Shown here piece after piece: positions 23,129 to 35,307 of a DNA stretch of 64,000 nucleotides. The translations under genes were made by a program, and so were the position numbers. Location: assembly GCA_950097015.1 (NCBI GenBank), contig CATNEN010000039.1, positions 6,572,001 to 6,636,000 of the forward strand. Direction: 5' to 3'. Under the pieces are notes generated by a model, which did not search any database, was not told where the DNA came from, and worked only from the letters and a program-made list of their open reading frames with translations. Position 1 is the first letter of the stretch. Each line of letters opens with the position of its first letter. Source of the DNA: Macrostomum hystrix. Its lineage: Eukaryota > Animalia > Platyhelminthes.

Positions 23129-26100
23129 TTTCAGATTTCAGAAAGTGCCTTGCAAATACATCAAATGTATTTGTGCGGTTTGATAACATTTTAATGACTT
23201 TTTAATATTTTACATACCAGTAATCCATTTGATTTCGATAATTTTGATTTCGCAGCCTTCAGCCACTGCCTCAGAGTTTGCCTCTAAGTGCAACTCAGGT
23301 TACCAGGGTCCGCGGTGATGGCAACTGCTGGTTTCACGCCATCTCTGACCAGCTGATTGGCACTCCAATCTACATGGACCACCAGCAACTCCGGCGCACC
23401 ATAGCTGCCAATGCGAGACCGCTGCTGGAAGCTCAGCAGGCCACACTGCAGGCTATTGGGCTGACAGTGGACAGAGTGGTAGCTGAGACTCAGCGCGATG
23501 GAGTTGATGTGCATGAGCACATTGCACCCATATTGAACCAGCTGCTGGATGTGGACTATGTCATCTATCAGTATGCTGACCGTGACAGAAGGCAGCTCCA
23601 GCTGGTTCAGCAAGTTTCAGCTGCTAGGAGGCCTGCGGCTGCTGTGGTGCGGCTTCTCTATGATCGCCATGGTGAACACTACGAGTCTCTGCGCTTCGTG
23701 ACTGCTGGGTGAGTTCAGTTCTGGAGTTTTTCGCTTTCAAAATCAGCCTAATGATGACAATGATGAGTACGAAAATCACATCCGAAAGGACTATCCAACT
23801 TTTTGTTTATTGAAATCAAGAGCCGAGAACTCATCGAGTCCGGCGCCGCCATGTGCTTCTGTTGGGAATTCCGAGAAGCCTACCGGTGAATTCAGTGCAG
23901 GATCAGCTGTTCCAGATCATTCGGCTGATGACCCTGGGTGAATAATAAATTGATTCTAATTTGTGGGAAATTCAGTTGTAAATAAGACGTGAACAAGTAA
24001 TCATAACAGCAGGCAATTCCTACCCCTTTTTCACTCCACCCAACAGCTGGGCCCAATCGACACCACTGCGTGCCGGCGCTGAGGGGAATTTGGAGCTGCC
24101 GGCTGCCAGTGTCGCATCCGATATTCCCGAGTTGTCAGATGATGATGCTGGGTGGGTTTGTGCATCGCTTCAAAACCATCGTTGATAGATTTTGCTTTTT
24201 TACTTGCTTTGTACTCTTTCTTTCTTTGCAAAACTTAGTAGGTTTAATGCATGGGATAATTTATTAGAAGTAAAACTTTAGGAATGCATTTTATTCTTCT
24301 GGTATGAAATATAGACTTTCCCCATACACCACAGAGCCCATGCCGCAGCCAGGCTAGAACCCCAGACTCATCAGCTCGGCCGCATGAGCAAGCCATGCCA
24401 GCACTGCCACGCCTTGGTCTGGAAGGGAGAGCCGCCAGGAATCTGCTGTGCAGCCGGCAAGGTGAAGATGCCTGCAAAGACGGTGCCGCAGGTCCTGCTG
24501 GATTTGTTCCTTGGTCGCCACCCTGAGAGCCCTGATTTCTTGGCCAACATCAGGAGCTACAATGCCGTTCTGCACCTCACCTCGCTGAAGGCAAAGTTGC
24601 GATCGTTCCAAGGCTTCTGTCCCAATTACGTAATCAGTGGAGAGCTGGTGCACACCATCCCGCCTTTGTATGCCCGTGCTAATGATGTGCGTCACGGCTG
24701 GCAGGTGTACTTCGTTGACAATGAGCTGCAGTCCCGCCTGAGACTCAGCAAGAAAGTCAATGAGCAGCTGCTGGCACTGTTGCAGGCTGTGCTGCACGAC
24801 TGCAACGAGTATGTCCGGAGCCTGAAGGCTGCAGTTCAGCGGATTAGCGAACAGCCCGAATTGAAAGATGCTCGGATCGTGATCTATCCCGACCGCCGAC
24901 CTGCTGACGAGCACATTCGGTGAGTTTTGCTGATGGGTTTCTGTTTTCTAAGGAATATCGGATTGATAAGTTTCGTCCTACAGTAAATTGAATAATTTTA
25001 AGCTTGTCTATATTTATCTTGACTTTCTAATTTACTAATTGATTTTAAAGTTCTGCTTTCTTTTTTGCTCTTGTTAAAAGTAATTTTCAGCTCCTAGATA
25101 GATAGACTATTTCTTTTTTACTCCCAAGGCGCTATAATCTGCCCGAAGCAAGCGAAGTTGGCATACTCGTTGTCGGAGATGCTTCCGACAGGGCCATGAC
25201 TTCTCGTGACGTAGTTATTGAGCTTCAACGTCCTGATGAAGACCGCAGGCGTCTGCTCTCAGTGTCTGTGACGCATCGATCATACGATGCCCTGCAGTAC
25301 GTGCTGTTCTTGCCGTATGGACAGGACGGGTGGCACCCAGAGTTGAGGATGACGAACGGGGGCAAGCTGACGCCTCGCAAATACTACGCCAGCGAGATCA
25401 TGGTGCGGCCCGGCCTGTTCAATGCGCTTCACTACGGCCGCCGCCTGCTTCAGCAGTACCTGGTTGATCAATGCTCGAAAATCGAGTGCGAGAGACTGAC
25501 CTATCTCCGCACCCACCAGGATGACCTCCGCAGCGAGACGTACAGCGGCCTGCGCGATGCCCTGTTTGCAGAGGACGGGCTGCGGAACGCAGCGGATCCT
25601 AATGAGGTCGGCAAGCCAGTGTTTCTGTCATCAAGTTTCGTGGGCGGTCCCCGGTACATGATGGAGCGGCTGCAGGATGCAATGGCCTACGTCCAAAAAT
25701 TTGGTAAGCCGGACCTGTTTGTGACGGCCACCTGCAACCCGAAGTGGCAGGAGATCAGCGACGAGCTGCTGCCGGGACAGAAGCCGGAGGACCGGCCGGA
25801 CATTGTCAGCCGCGTGTTTGAGCTGAAGAAGAAAGCTCTGATGGCGCGACTGAAGAAACTATGTGGTCAGGTCTCCGCGCATGTGTGTTCTCTAGAGTAC
25901 CAGAAGCGCGGTGAGTCCGTTGTTATAGAAAATTATTTTTTATGAAGCTATTTTGATTGCTTTTCTGGCTCTGCCTTGATTTATGTCGGCTTGAAAGATG
26001 TGCGTGCTTTTTATTTCAATTAAGTCATTCAAGTTGTTAGATGAAAATGAAGATTCTAATTGCCTACCCTGTAAACTAACGGGAGATGGTGATTTATACT

Positions 26101-29100
26101 GGTTCTGATATTGTTACTCAGGTCTCCCACATGTCCACATATTGCTGTGGCTGGCCAGTGGGCATCGTGTTACTCCTGACCGATACGATGCGATCGTCTC
26201 CGCGGAGATTCCGGATCCTCGGACTCAGCCAGTGCTGCACGAGCTGGTCAAGACCCACATGATTCACGGGCCGTGTGGCAAAGTGAACCCGCGCTGTTCC
26301 TGCATGGAGAACGGCAAGTGCAGCAAGGGCTTTCCGAAGGAGTTCCTGCCGGCCACACTGGTGAACGACGCAGGCTATCCTCACTACAGGAGGCGTTCCC
26401 CAGAAATGGGAGGATTCGTGGTGCAGAAACCGTTCGTAGGTCGTAACATTACCATGGACAATCGGTGAGTCACTGCATGGTCTTGCTAAACGGCGAAACT
26501 CTATACCTCATTTTTAATTATGCAACTATGCAACTAAGCTTCGTTGTGAAAAGTGTCACACACCAAATCAATTTCTGAAGTGCAGTTTTGCTCAAATATT
26601 TTACTCCTTCACTCATTGTTTAGCGCGTTCACTCACTCTGTGCCAGTCACTGTGACTACCACCACATTTCCCATTGAATTCTCAGGTTTGTTGTGCCGTA
26701 CAATCCAAGCCTGCTCCTGGAGTTCGCATGCCACATGAATGTGGAAGTCTGCGCCACGGTCAAGTCAGTCAAGTACGTCATTAAGTATTTGCTGAAGAGT
26801 GGCAATATGGCGACCTTCCGAGTGACGCAAGTGACGCAGGAGGCAACTGGTGATGCGCCTCAGTCCGCTGAGCAGCAGGGGGAGGAGCCTGCCGCTGCCA
26901 AAGCACGCGATGAAATCACCGACTATCTGACTGCCCGTTATATCGGCCCAATGGAGGCTGTTAATACCATTTTGGGATTTGAAGTAAGTTGAATTAATTA
27001 TTTCTGGAGCTTTAGTACCTCTTCGCAACTTTAATACTTTTATTTATCCTTATTTCCTAAAGCCTCTTACAGTTGACTTGATGCTGTAGCTCAGATCCAA
27101 GATTTATTCGTTTCCATTTAATTGATTAAGCGGGTTCGAAGATCGGATGTGCGGCTTTAAAAAAATTGTTTCCACAGATAATTCATTTTCCGTGACGAGT
27201 TTCATATGGGTGGATTAATGCTCTATGATATGGGATTACTGCCAACTTTATCATTTCCAGCTTAATCACGCTTAACTAGATATTTTTCAGGACTGCAGTT
27301 TTGCTATTCATTTGCTTTAATGCAGACCGTTTCATAGCACTGGCATTGAGCTACAGTAATCGAAACTGCCACATCCCAATCCATCCAGGTGCACAACAGA
27401 TTTCCCGCAGTCATTCGCCTCTGCGTGCACGAGCGAAACAAGCAGCTGGTGTACTTCACTGAGGCCACTGCAAGTGCCAGGGCCAGGGCGCCAAGAGATT
27501 CGACGCTAACAGCTTTCTTCAAGCTGTGTCAAACTGACGAGTTCGCTCGGACCCTGCTGTACACTGAGGTGGCGTCCTACTTCATCTGGCACCAGAGCGC
27601 CAGAGAGTGGCGCCGCGCCAAGCGGGGCGTGGAGGTCGAAGGACATCCTGGCGTGAGGCGCAGCACCAACATCTCGCGGATGTACACCGTGTCTCCAAGA
27701 GCGGGAGAGCTGTTCTTTATTCGCCTCCTACTGCTGCACGTGCGAGGACCAACCAGCTACGATGCACTGCGAACTGTAGACGGCGTGCTGCACAGTGATG
27801 CAAGAGCTGCGTGCATGGCTCTGGGTCTGCTGCAGCGAGATGACCACTGGCAGAGGTGCCTAGCTGAGGCTGTGCAGTCACGGATGCCGAGAGCTCTGAG
27901 GCACCTGCTGGCAGTCATCCTCATCTGGGGTGAACCTCAGGACGGCGAGAACCTGTGGCGCAGCTTCGCTGATGACCTGTGCGAGGATCTCCGTTATCAT
28001 AACCCGGAGCTGAGCGTCGACGAGGTGACCGACATGGCGCTGCGCGAGCTGCAGGGCATGCTTACAGCCATGGGCGGCTTCAGCTTGCCAGAGTACGGAC
28101 TGCCTGCGGCCTCCGCTGCACCCCAGGTAGGGCCGCTGCAGTTCGACCCGGTCGAGCAGGCTGAGATAGCTGAGGTGCGAGTTCCACAGCTGACCGAAGA
28201 GCAACGGGCTGTGTTCGACTCCATCACTGCGGATCTGACCACTGGCACTGGCGGTCTGCACTTTGTAGATGCGCCGGCAGGAACTGGAAAAACATTTTTG
28301 CTGGAGGTGCTGCTGGCCTTCGTACGCAGCAGACGAGAAGTCGCCATTGCTGTCGCAGCATCCGGCATCGCTGCCACCCTGCTGCCTGGCGGACAGACGG
28401 CGCACTCAGCGTGAGTATTTTCTGACAAAACAAGTCAGTAATGTATGTCTCACATTACGAGCCACATTGCATCTCCCTTCTTGGTTAGGTGAAATAGCAT
28501 TTCCAATTCCACTTACTGTGTAACAGGATTCCATTATTTGTTTGTAAAATTTGCTGCTGGATGTTATTATTGGAAAAAATAGTTTGAAACCTGCACTAAT
28601 TTTAATTGAAACTTCTTGGCTGTCAGGTTCAGTATTCCGGTTCGCCTGGTGCGCTCAGACAGGGACGTGTGCAGTGTCGGCGCGCAGTCGCAGAAGGCTG
28701 CCATGTTCAGGAGCACCCGCCTCATTGTCTGGGACGAGATCTCCATGACCAACCGGAAGGACTTGGAATCCGTGGACAGAACCCTGCGTGACGTTCGGAA
28801 GCAAAATTCTCCCTTCGGAGGAGTGGTGCTGGTGTGCGCTGGAGACTTCCGTCAGCTGCTTCCGGTTGTGAAAAATGGCACCAGGGCTAATAATGTTGAG
28901 GCCTGTGTCAGCAGATCCAGCCTGTGGAACTCGTTCAGGCGGCACCACCTGACAAGGAACATCCGGTTGCAAAGCAGTTCCGATTATGCGTTGTCTCAAC
29001 GGTATTCGCATTTGCTGATGCAGGTGTGTTTAAGAGTAGTAATCATTTTAGTTGGCATTTTTGTGTTTCTTCTGTTACATTTGCTTCTTCATTCTATTCT

Positions 29101-29968
29101 AACGGATTCTGTTTCCTCATTGTCAGATTTCTGCTTTTAAGTGTGCTTGGTGGCTATAAAAATGGCATGGCATCGATTTGAAGCTATTTCCCACTCTTTT
29201 CAGATCGGCTCTGGCGCGACCGAGGAGGACTCAGAGGGCAAAATTTCCCTTCCTTCGGAGATCCTGCTGCCGCCAGACGCCTCACTGAGAGACCTGATCG
29301 AGTTCGTCTATCCTTCGTTCGAAGCATCCGAGGTCAGAGACAGCTTCTTGGCAACTCGATTGATCCTGGCGCCGTACAACGACTCGGTCGATGCGATCAA
29401 CGACCAGTGTCTGGCGATGTTTCCGGGCAGCCAGCGCGAGTACCGGTCGGTTGACAGCGTGGCCGATGAGGACTCGGCCACCCACTTCCCGCCGGAGCTG
29501 CTGAACCGGTTGGACGCACCGAACCTGCCAAAGCACCTGATCAGGTTCAAAGTGGGCATGCCGGTGGTCCTGCTGCGGAACATCAACCCGCCTCGGCTGT
29601 GCAACGGCACCCGGCTTATAGTCCTGGCACTGGGGGACAACGTGCTGCGCTGCAAAGTGGCGGCCGGTCAGTTCGCAGGCGATGAAATCCTGCTGCCTCG
29701 GATCCCGCTCGTGCCGAACAACGCAGACTTGCCAATTCGCTTCAAGCGGCTGCAGTTTCCAGTCAAGGCGAGCTTCTGTCTGACTATTCACAAGTCGCAG
29801 GGCCAGTCGCTGGAGACCGTCGGCATCGACCTGGCTGATGGCTGCTTTGCCCACGGGCAGCTATACACCGCACTGTCTCGTGCCAAAGATGCTGCCAATG
29901 TTTGCGTCCGCATTTCCGGTAATAAGACGCGTAACATTGTGTACCCAGAGGTGCTATCTAGAGATTGA
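22283..29968 (+). CDS. Helitron RepHel transposase: STPR-like repeats - OTU protease - Zn motif - Rep (HUH/Y2) - Pif1 helicase; 11 exons, 1763 aa: join(22283..22707,23256..23708,23821..23937,24047..24151,24335..24919,25129..25910,26122..26464,26686..26983,27389..28410,28627..29023,29204..29968)
   Basis: All 10 introns are GT-AG with compatible phases; exons total 5292 nt (1764 codons) with no internal stop seen. Motifs: GDGNCWF..HYESL (OTU); CQHC..CC; RRYNLP; FVTATCNP; EYQKRG|LPHVHILLW (HUH); KYVIKY; DAPAGTGKT (Walker A); IVWDEISM; GDFRQLLPV; TIHKSQGQS; HGQLYTALSR. Small exons 3-4 are the least certain. Confidence 0.92.
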
Positions 29969-31369
29969 GCTTTGCATACCCGATGATTGACATTTATCGC
30001 GTGAGGAAGGATTGAAGGGAGGCCTGTCGATGTCAAAAGCGTGAAAGAACGCTCAGTGAAGTGCTGCGACTTTAACAGTGTCGATGTGCAATTTTATGTC
30101 TTCAAGGTTTATACTGAAAAGGCATTCAGCAATAGCAATAATTAGCACTCTAGATCCTTGGGTTGGAATGCTGTCTGGAATCAGATATTTAGCAATCAGT
30201 TCATCCTCTCAGTCTTGATCAATGGAGAAATTTCCGATAGTCAAGTTTTCTCCCTTGATTATGTCAGTCATTCTCCTAGCAAAGGCTGCTTGAGATATTT
30301 AAAATTTCGATGCAGAAATGTTTTTGAAAGTGCACCGTAGGCCTTCCTTCTGTGTCGCATTTATGCTTCCTCCGGGTTGATGCGGTCTCCTCAAAGTAGT
30401 GCCTCTGTTTACGCTCCATGGTGCGTTTGCGTGTTTCTCAACTGAGAAACTGTTTCTGATGTTGTGTTTGCTGTTTAAGTGAGTCTTGGGTGCAGTATTT
30501 GACCATTTTTAAGTGTAGATTATGTTTTTGTGCCGCAGTACGAAACAGAAGTATTCTCAATTCTCAAATCAAATTCTGGGATGAAACAGTTCACATCCAT
30601 AGGGTTCCAATCCTTTCTGTCGTCATTAGACGCCACCCAGACAGACATAACATTTTGTAGGTACGCACACTAGCAATGCGTAAATATGTATTGCTTTCAC
30701 TTTTATGTGTTCCAGTCAAACAGTTTAACAAAGTTCGAGATGGCACTCAAGGCTTTCAAACCTGTCTGATGTGGTGTATCTGACTCTAGCAAGTGTGCTG
30801 AAGGTGGTACATGTTGTCCATCATATATATGCTCCACCTGTGCGCACACGTTTGTTTGGGTGGAAGACTTGCCAGATTTCTTAAGTCACAGTAATTGGCA
30901 AAGTTTACGGCGAAGCCGTTGATGTTCAAATGTTCATCAACAAGGTGGACTTAGCCTGCTGTGCTGGAGAGTCACTTTGCTGTTGAGTAACTCTCTCTGT
31001 GACTAGAAGGGGCTTCATTTTCGCGCCAATACGAGTAGTTCGGTTAAAAGACAAAAAGCTTTAATTCAAGCTATAGAATTTCTCATCATTAGTAAGTTGA
31101 AGTTATCTATGTACGAGTAACTTTGGCTAAAACTCAAATTAAGCCAAGTAGAGCATTATTCATACTCTGATAAGTCTGATTAGCTTGATATTCGGCCACA
31201 AATTGTCGCTATCCATGTTGATAAAATTTGCCCATGTGAAAAACTGAAGCTCTTTCAGTGACAAAGCCAGTTAGAGCAGTCCAAGGGCTTCGAGCCATGA
31301 GTGCATTTCAGTCAGAAAGGTGCTTATGTCGCAAGTTTTGAGCCTGCAATCTAAATATTCAATTCAGAT

Positions 31370-31880
31370 GCAAAAGAGCAAACGTCAAAACAAACATTGA
31401 TTCTATTTTCACTGCCGACGCGTTTCGTCAAAAGCGGACATCTTCAGGGCAAACAAACCAACGAAAACGAAAACCCAACCGAAAATGTATTTAAATTGAA
31501 TCGAAAAAATATTGAGCGAACAAAAACAAACAGAAGGAACGAAGAAACATGTAAATGCTGTAAACCTTTATAACAACGAACCAATCAGTGCAACCACACC
31601 ACCACGCAAAACGAGATAAAAAAATTCTGAGATGCTCCATATACCCTTACTCACAAGCTGAACGTTCGAGCTTGGGTTGTACTTCCTAATGTACGTAACT
31701 TCCAAAAACTTTAGTTTTTTATCGTTGTTACATCCATCCATCACCATGAAAAACTGCATAGGTTCACAGTCACAACACGCCTTGCAAATGAATAGGTGGT
31801 CTTTAATGGCCGAAGACCCAAGCCAGTGCTCCCTCACCCTCTTGTGCAGATGCCGTTCTATCAAACACTGAAACATTCTT
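31370..31880 (-). mobile_element. Penelope-like element 3' fragment (degenerate GIY-YIG endonuclease C-terminus plus 3' UTR) inside Helitron 1
   Basis: The minus-strand peptide RHLHKRVREH..SSAIKDH..C..C..LKFLEVTYIRKYNPSSNVQ matches the PLE GIY-YIG C-terminal pattern. It is followed by a T-rich UTR containing a hammerhead motif. Boundaries are approximate. Confidence 0.8.
31413..31451 (-). ncRNA. Minimal type I hammerhead ribozyme (Penelope-associated)
   Basis: The minus strand reads UGCC-CUGAAGA-U-GUC-CGCUUUU-GAC-GAAA-CGCG-UC-GGCA: stem I UGCC/GGCA, core CUGANGA and GAAA, stem II GUC/GAC, palindromic ACGCGU stem III, and a GUC cleavage triplet. Confidence 0.85.
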
Positions 31881-33124
31881 AGAAATGTGGTAGATCCATC
31901 AGAAACAGCCCGTTAGAAAAGTGGAAGATCAATTTGCATCAGCTCGTGTCAGAAACGTCTTTCTGACTGAATTCTGTGCACGGTTTTCCAACAGAAGGAA
32001 CTTTCTTCATCACCATAGCAGGAGGTGCTTGCAAGCAGACACACACGCTTAATTCGTGTAGATTCATGTGTTAAAGGACTTTTTTACTTGTGTTTTTGTG
32101 TTACTTGTGTTACTTGTGTTTTACTTGTGTTAAGTGTTTTTTTACTTCGCTACTAGCTAGCTGAGACTATAAAATCTCCTAGATAACATGGAAACCTCTT
32201 TTTGAGCTGAGACAGAACTGGCCCTGTTCATTTCAACAGCTGTTTTCCCTATTCAACGGAAAAATATAAATTTAAATATTGAAGTACCTCTCTTTATTAT
32301 CTTATCATTCTTTCAGTTCCGTTGTACTTACGAGTAATGCCTTTCTGCACGGTTTTCGCTGAACCAGTAGCTTCATAGCTCATAGCTCTATGCTGAAACA
32401 TAGCTCAAATATTGTCTTTTTTCGTCGCATTATTGCAGTGACACGAGGATTCATAATCATTCTCCTAATTTTCTTTTGTCACCTCTTCCATCCAACTCCG
32501 GGTTTTTCCGGTTCCGTTTTCTCCGGCCAAAGCCGGTTTTTTCGGTTTCCCGGTTTTTTCATCTGGAGTTCTTCCAGTTTTATGTACAAATCGCTTTTAT
32601 GTACATATTATGCACTCACCGATTCAAAGTTTTCGTGATGCCAACAGTTAAATTGCTTTTTGGTTGATCGTTTGCAACACCTTTTCGCTGTGTACATTTC
32701 CCTTACACATAATGTATCAAATTAATTTGATATCGGTTCGCAATTTATTTATATATTTGGCAGCTGCACGCACGTGAAATTGAAATTGCATGAAACAATA
32801 GGATACTGCGATCCTGTAGTAGATGCATGTCCGAAGCTGCTTTCCTTCAGTTTTCTTTTATTTCATTCTTATTCATCATTATATATCGCTTCTGTCTTTT
32901 TTAATGACAGAAGAGAGACCAGAAGACAGAAGACATACATTTTCAGTTAAGAGAGAATGTACTGCATATGATGTGCCTTAAATTGGCGAAATTAGTAATG
33001 ACTAATAGATTAGTGAGTAACACTCACATTTCTGTTTAATAGGATTACCGCTGAGAAGTAGTTATGGAATATTGAAAACATTATTTATTGATTGCTTGCT
33101 GTGTCAGTGGTGGCAGATCGTGCA

Positions 33125-33495
33125 AGATAGTGATAGATGGTGACAGATGTTGACAGATGGTAATAGATGGTGACCGATGGTGATAGATTGTGATAGATGG
33201 TGACAGATTGTCACAGATGGTGCCATCTGTCATCTGTCATCTGCTGTCATCTGGGGGACAGTGCTCTGTTTGCTGGTGTGGATTGTGCTGACTGCTGTTG
33301 GAATTATGCTCTGTCTGCTGTGGGGATTTTTGTGTCTGCAGAGGGACTGTGTTCTGTCTATTGGGCGGATTGTGCTGCATTCTGCATGGGACGATTGTTC
33401 TCTGTCTGGCTGGGGATTGCGCTGTCTGCTCAGTGGGGGGGATTGTGCTGTCTGCAGAGGGACTGTGCTCTGTCTACTGGGGGGATTATGCTGCC
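33125..33495. repeat. Degenerate subterminal minisatellites of Helitron 1 (GATGGTGACA-type repeats, then CTGTCTRCTGGGGGATTGTG-like units)
   Basis: Imperfect short repeats and a palindrome GACAGATGGTGCCATCTGTC; later units such as TCTACTGGGGGGATTATG resemble the 18-bp satellite. Confidence 0.65.
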
Positions 33496-33557
33496 TGCTG
33501 GTAGTCAAAAGAAGGTCCACTTATTTGTGCTCCCCGGAGGGGGGCAAAACTTGCTAG

Positions 33558-35307
33558 TCCAACTATACTAAATCTCTAAAGTCTGTCTGTCTGTCTGTCT
33601 GTCTGTCTGTGGAATTTCGATACACAGGCTAAATGCCTCAACCAAATTTGATCGCGTTTTTTGCTAAACATGCCAAATTTTACTGGCATGAGACCTTGAA
33701 AATTTCGTTAGTCTGCTTCAATGCTAACAATATTAAATATTCGAAAAACGAGTTTTCCTATTGCTTTCAATAGGAGGCCAAACAATGTTAAATTAGAATA
33801 GGGCCGGACACTGTCAGTTTTATTAGATTGCATCGGTGCTTTTTCTCGCCCGCGCGTGCATTGGTATAGCACTGAACAGGGCCCGATACTCTCAATTGAA
33901 TAGGATTGCGTCACTGCTTTTCGACCCGTACGTACGTTTATAAATTTGTCTCTTGGCTGATCGAGTGATTTGATTTGAATACGCAAACCGTACATAGCAG
34001 ATTTCATGATTGGGCTTTTATGATGCTCAATGCTAGCGAGACCTCTCCTCCTCCTTTCTATCCATAAAACTGCAGCCTTTCTATTGTCAAACCTTGTCTC
34101 GACTTCGATCATTGTGCCGCTTTCTTTTCATCTAGCTCCGAAGTAAAGTACTTTAATGCTTTTGTAGAATGCAGGTAGAATTTCAGCATCGGTTTTGTTA
34201 CTGCTTCTTTTTATTCTAATCTTCTAAACATCAGCAGTTAAAAACGTAAGTTCCTATTTATTAGTATTTTTTGGGCATTTTTGGTTCGAGTATAAATAGT
34301 AAGCGCTTTTAGTTAGCTACTGTCGAAGCAGATATTTGTTAGCTTTATTATTCCTGTACTCGCTTTCAGAAAATAGTATAAGTTTTTTCGAGTAAATCAT
34401 GGCAAAAATTTTATTTTGTCATTGAATCGAATTCTCTAACTTTTGATTTTGTTATCTTTTACAATCATAACGGTATTCAATTAATTCATTTATTTGTTGT
34501 TCTTCTCAATTTTCTACAAAGGCAGCTAATATATATATTCAACTGGCAAAAATTGTCAACTGAGGATCATTATCAATAGGGAGTAATCATCAAATGAGGG
34601 ATCATGGTAAACTGGGGGATCATTGTCAACTAAGGGATCATTGTCAACCGGGGGATCATTGTCATCTGGGGGATCATTGTCAACTGGGGATCATTGCCAT
34701 CTGGGGGGATAATTTTCAACTGGGTGATCATTGTCAACTGGGGGATCATTGTCAACTGGGGGATCTTTGTCATCTGTTGGATCATTGTCAGCTGAGGGAT
34801 CATTGTCAACTGGGGGGATCATTGTCAACTGGGAATCATCATCAATGGGGATTATCATCAAATAGGGGATCATGGTCAACTGGGGGATTATCATCAAATA
34901 GGGGATCATGGTCAACTGGGGGATCATGGTCAACTGGGGATCATGGTCAACTGGGGGATCATTGTCAACTGGGGATCATTGTCATCTGGGGGATCATTTT
35001 CAACTGGGGGATCATTGTCTACTGGGGATCATGGTCAACTGGGGGATCATTGTCAACTGGGGGATCATTGTCAACTGGGGGATCATTGTCAACTGGGGTT
35101 CATTGTCATTTGGGGGATCATTGTCAGCTGGGGGATCATTGTCAACTGGGGTATCATTGTCAACTGGGGGATCAATCTCATCTGGGGGATCAATGTCATC
35201 TGGGGGATCATTGTAGCTTCAAAAAGCTGTAAATTCAGCTGCTTAAAAGTATATACTAGACGAATTAAAATTATTTCTGCTCCCCGAAGGGGGGCAAAAC
35301 TTGCTAG
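33558..35307 (+). mobile_element. Helitron 2, non-autonomous (1750 bp)
   Basis: Starts TCCAACTATACTAAA with a (GTCT)n microsatellite; about 33700-34010 is highly similar to 19850-20160 of Helitron 1; ends with hairpin TGCTCCCC-GAA-GGGGGGCA (35278-35296) and AAACTTGCTAG. Confidence 0.92.
34550..35215. repeat. 18-bp minisatellite (CAACTGGGGGATCATTGT), about 35 copies, inside Helitron 2
   Basis: Direct periodicity. Confidence 0.95.

Larger units (their letters stand above)
19726..33557 (+). mobile_element. Helitron 1, putatively autonomous (about 13.8 kb)
   Basis: 5' end A|TCCTACTATACTAAA followed by short TCTG repeats; 3' GC-rich hairpin TGCTCCCC-GGA-GGGGGGCA (33528-33546), then AAACTTG and CTAG ending at 33557; encodes RepHel. 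Confidence 0.92.

Noticed and set aside
19859-34112. Minus-strand ORFs at 19859-20186, 21519-21846 and 33708-34112
   Set aside because: They recur only because the Helitron 5' non-coding region is repeated, and a 1-nt indel between Helitrons 1 and 2 changes the frame.
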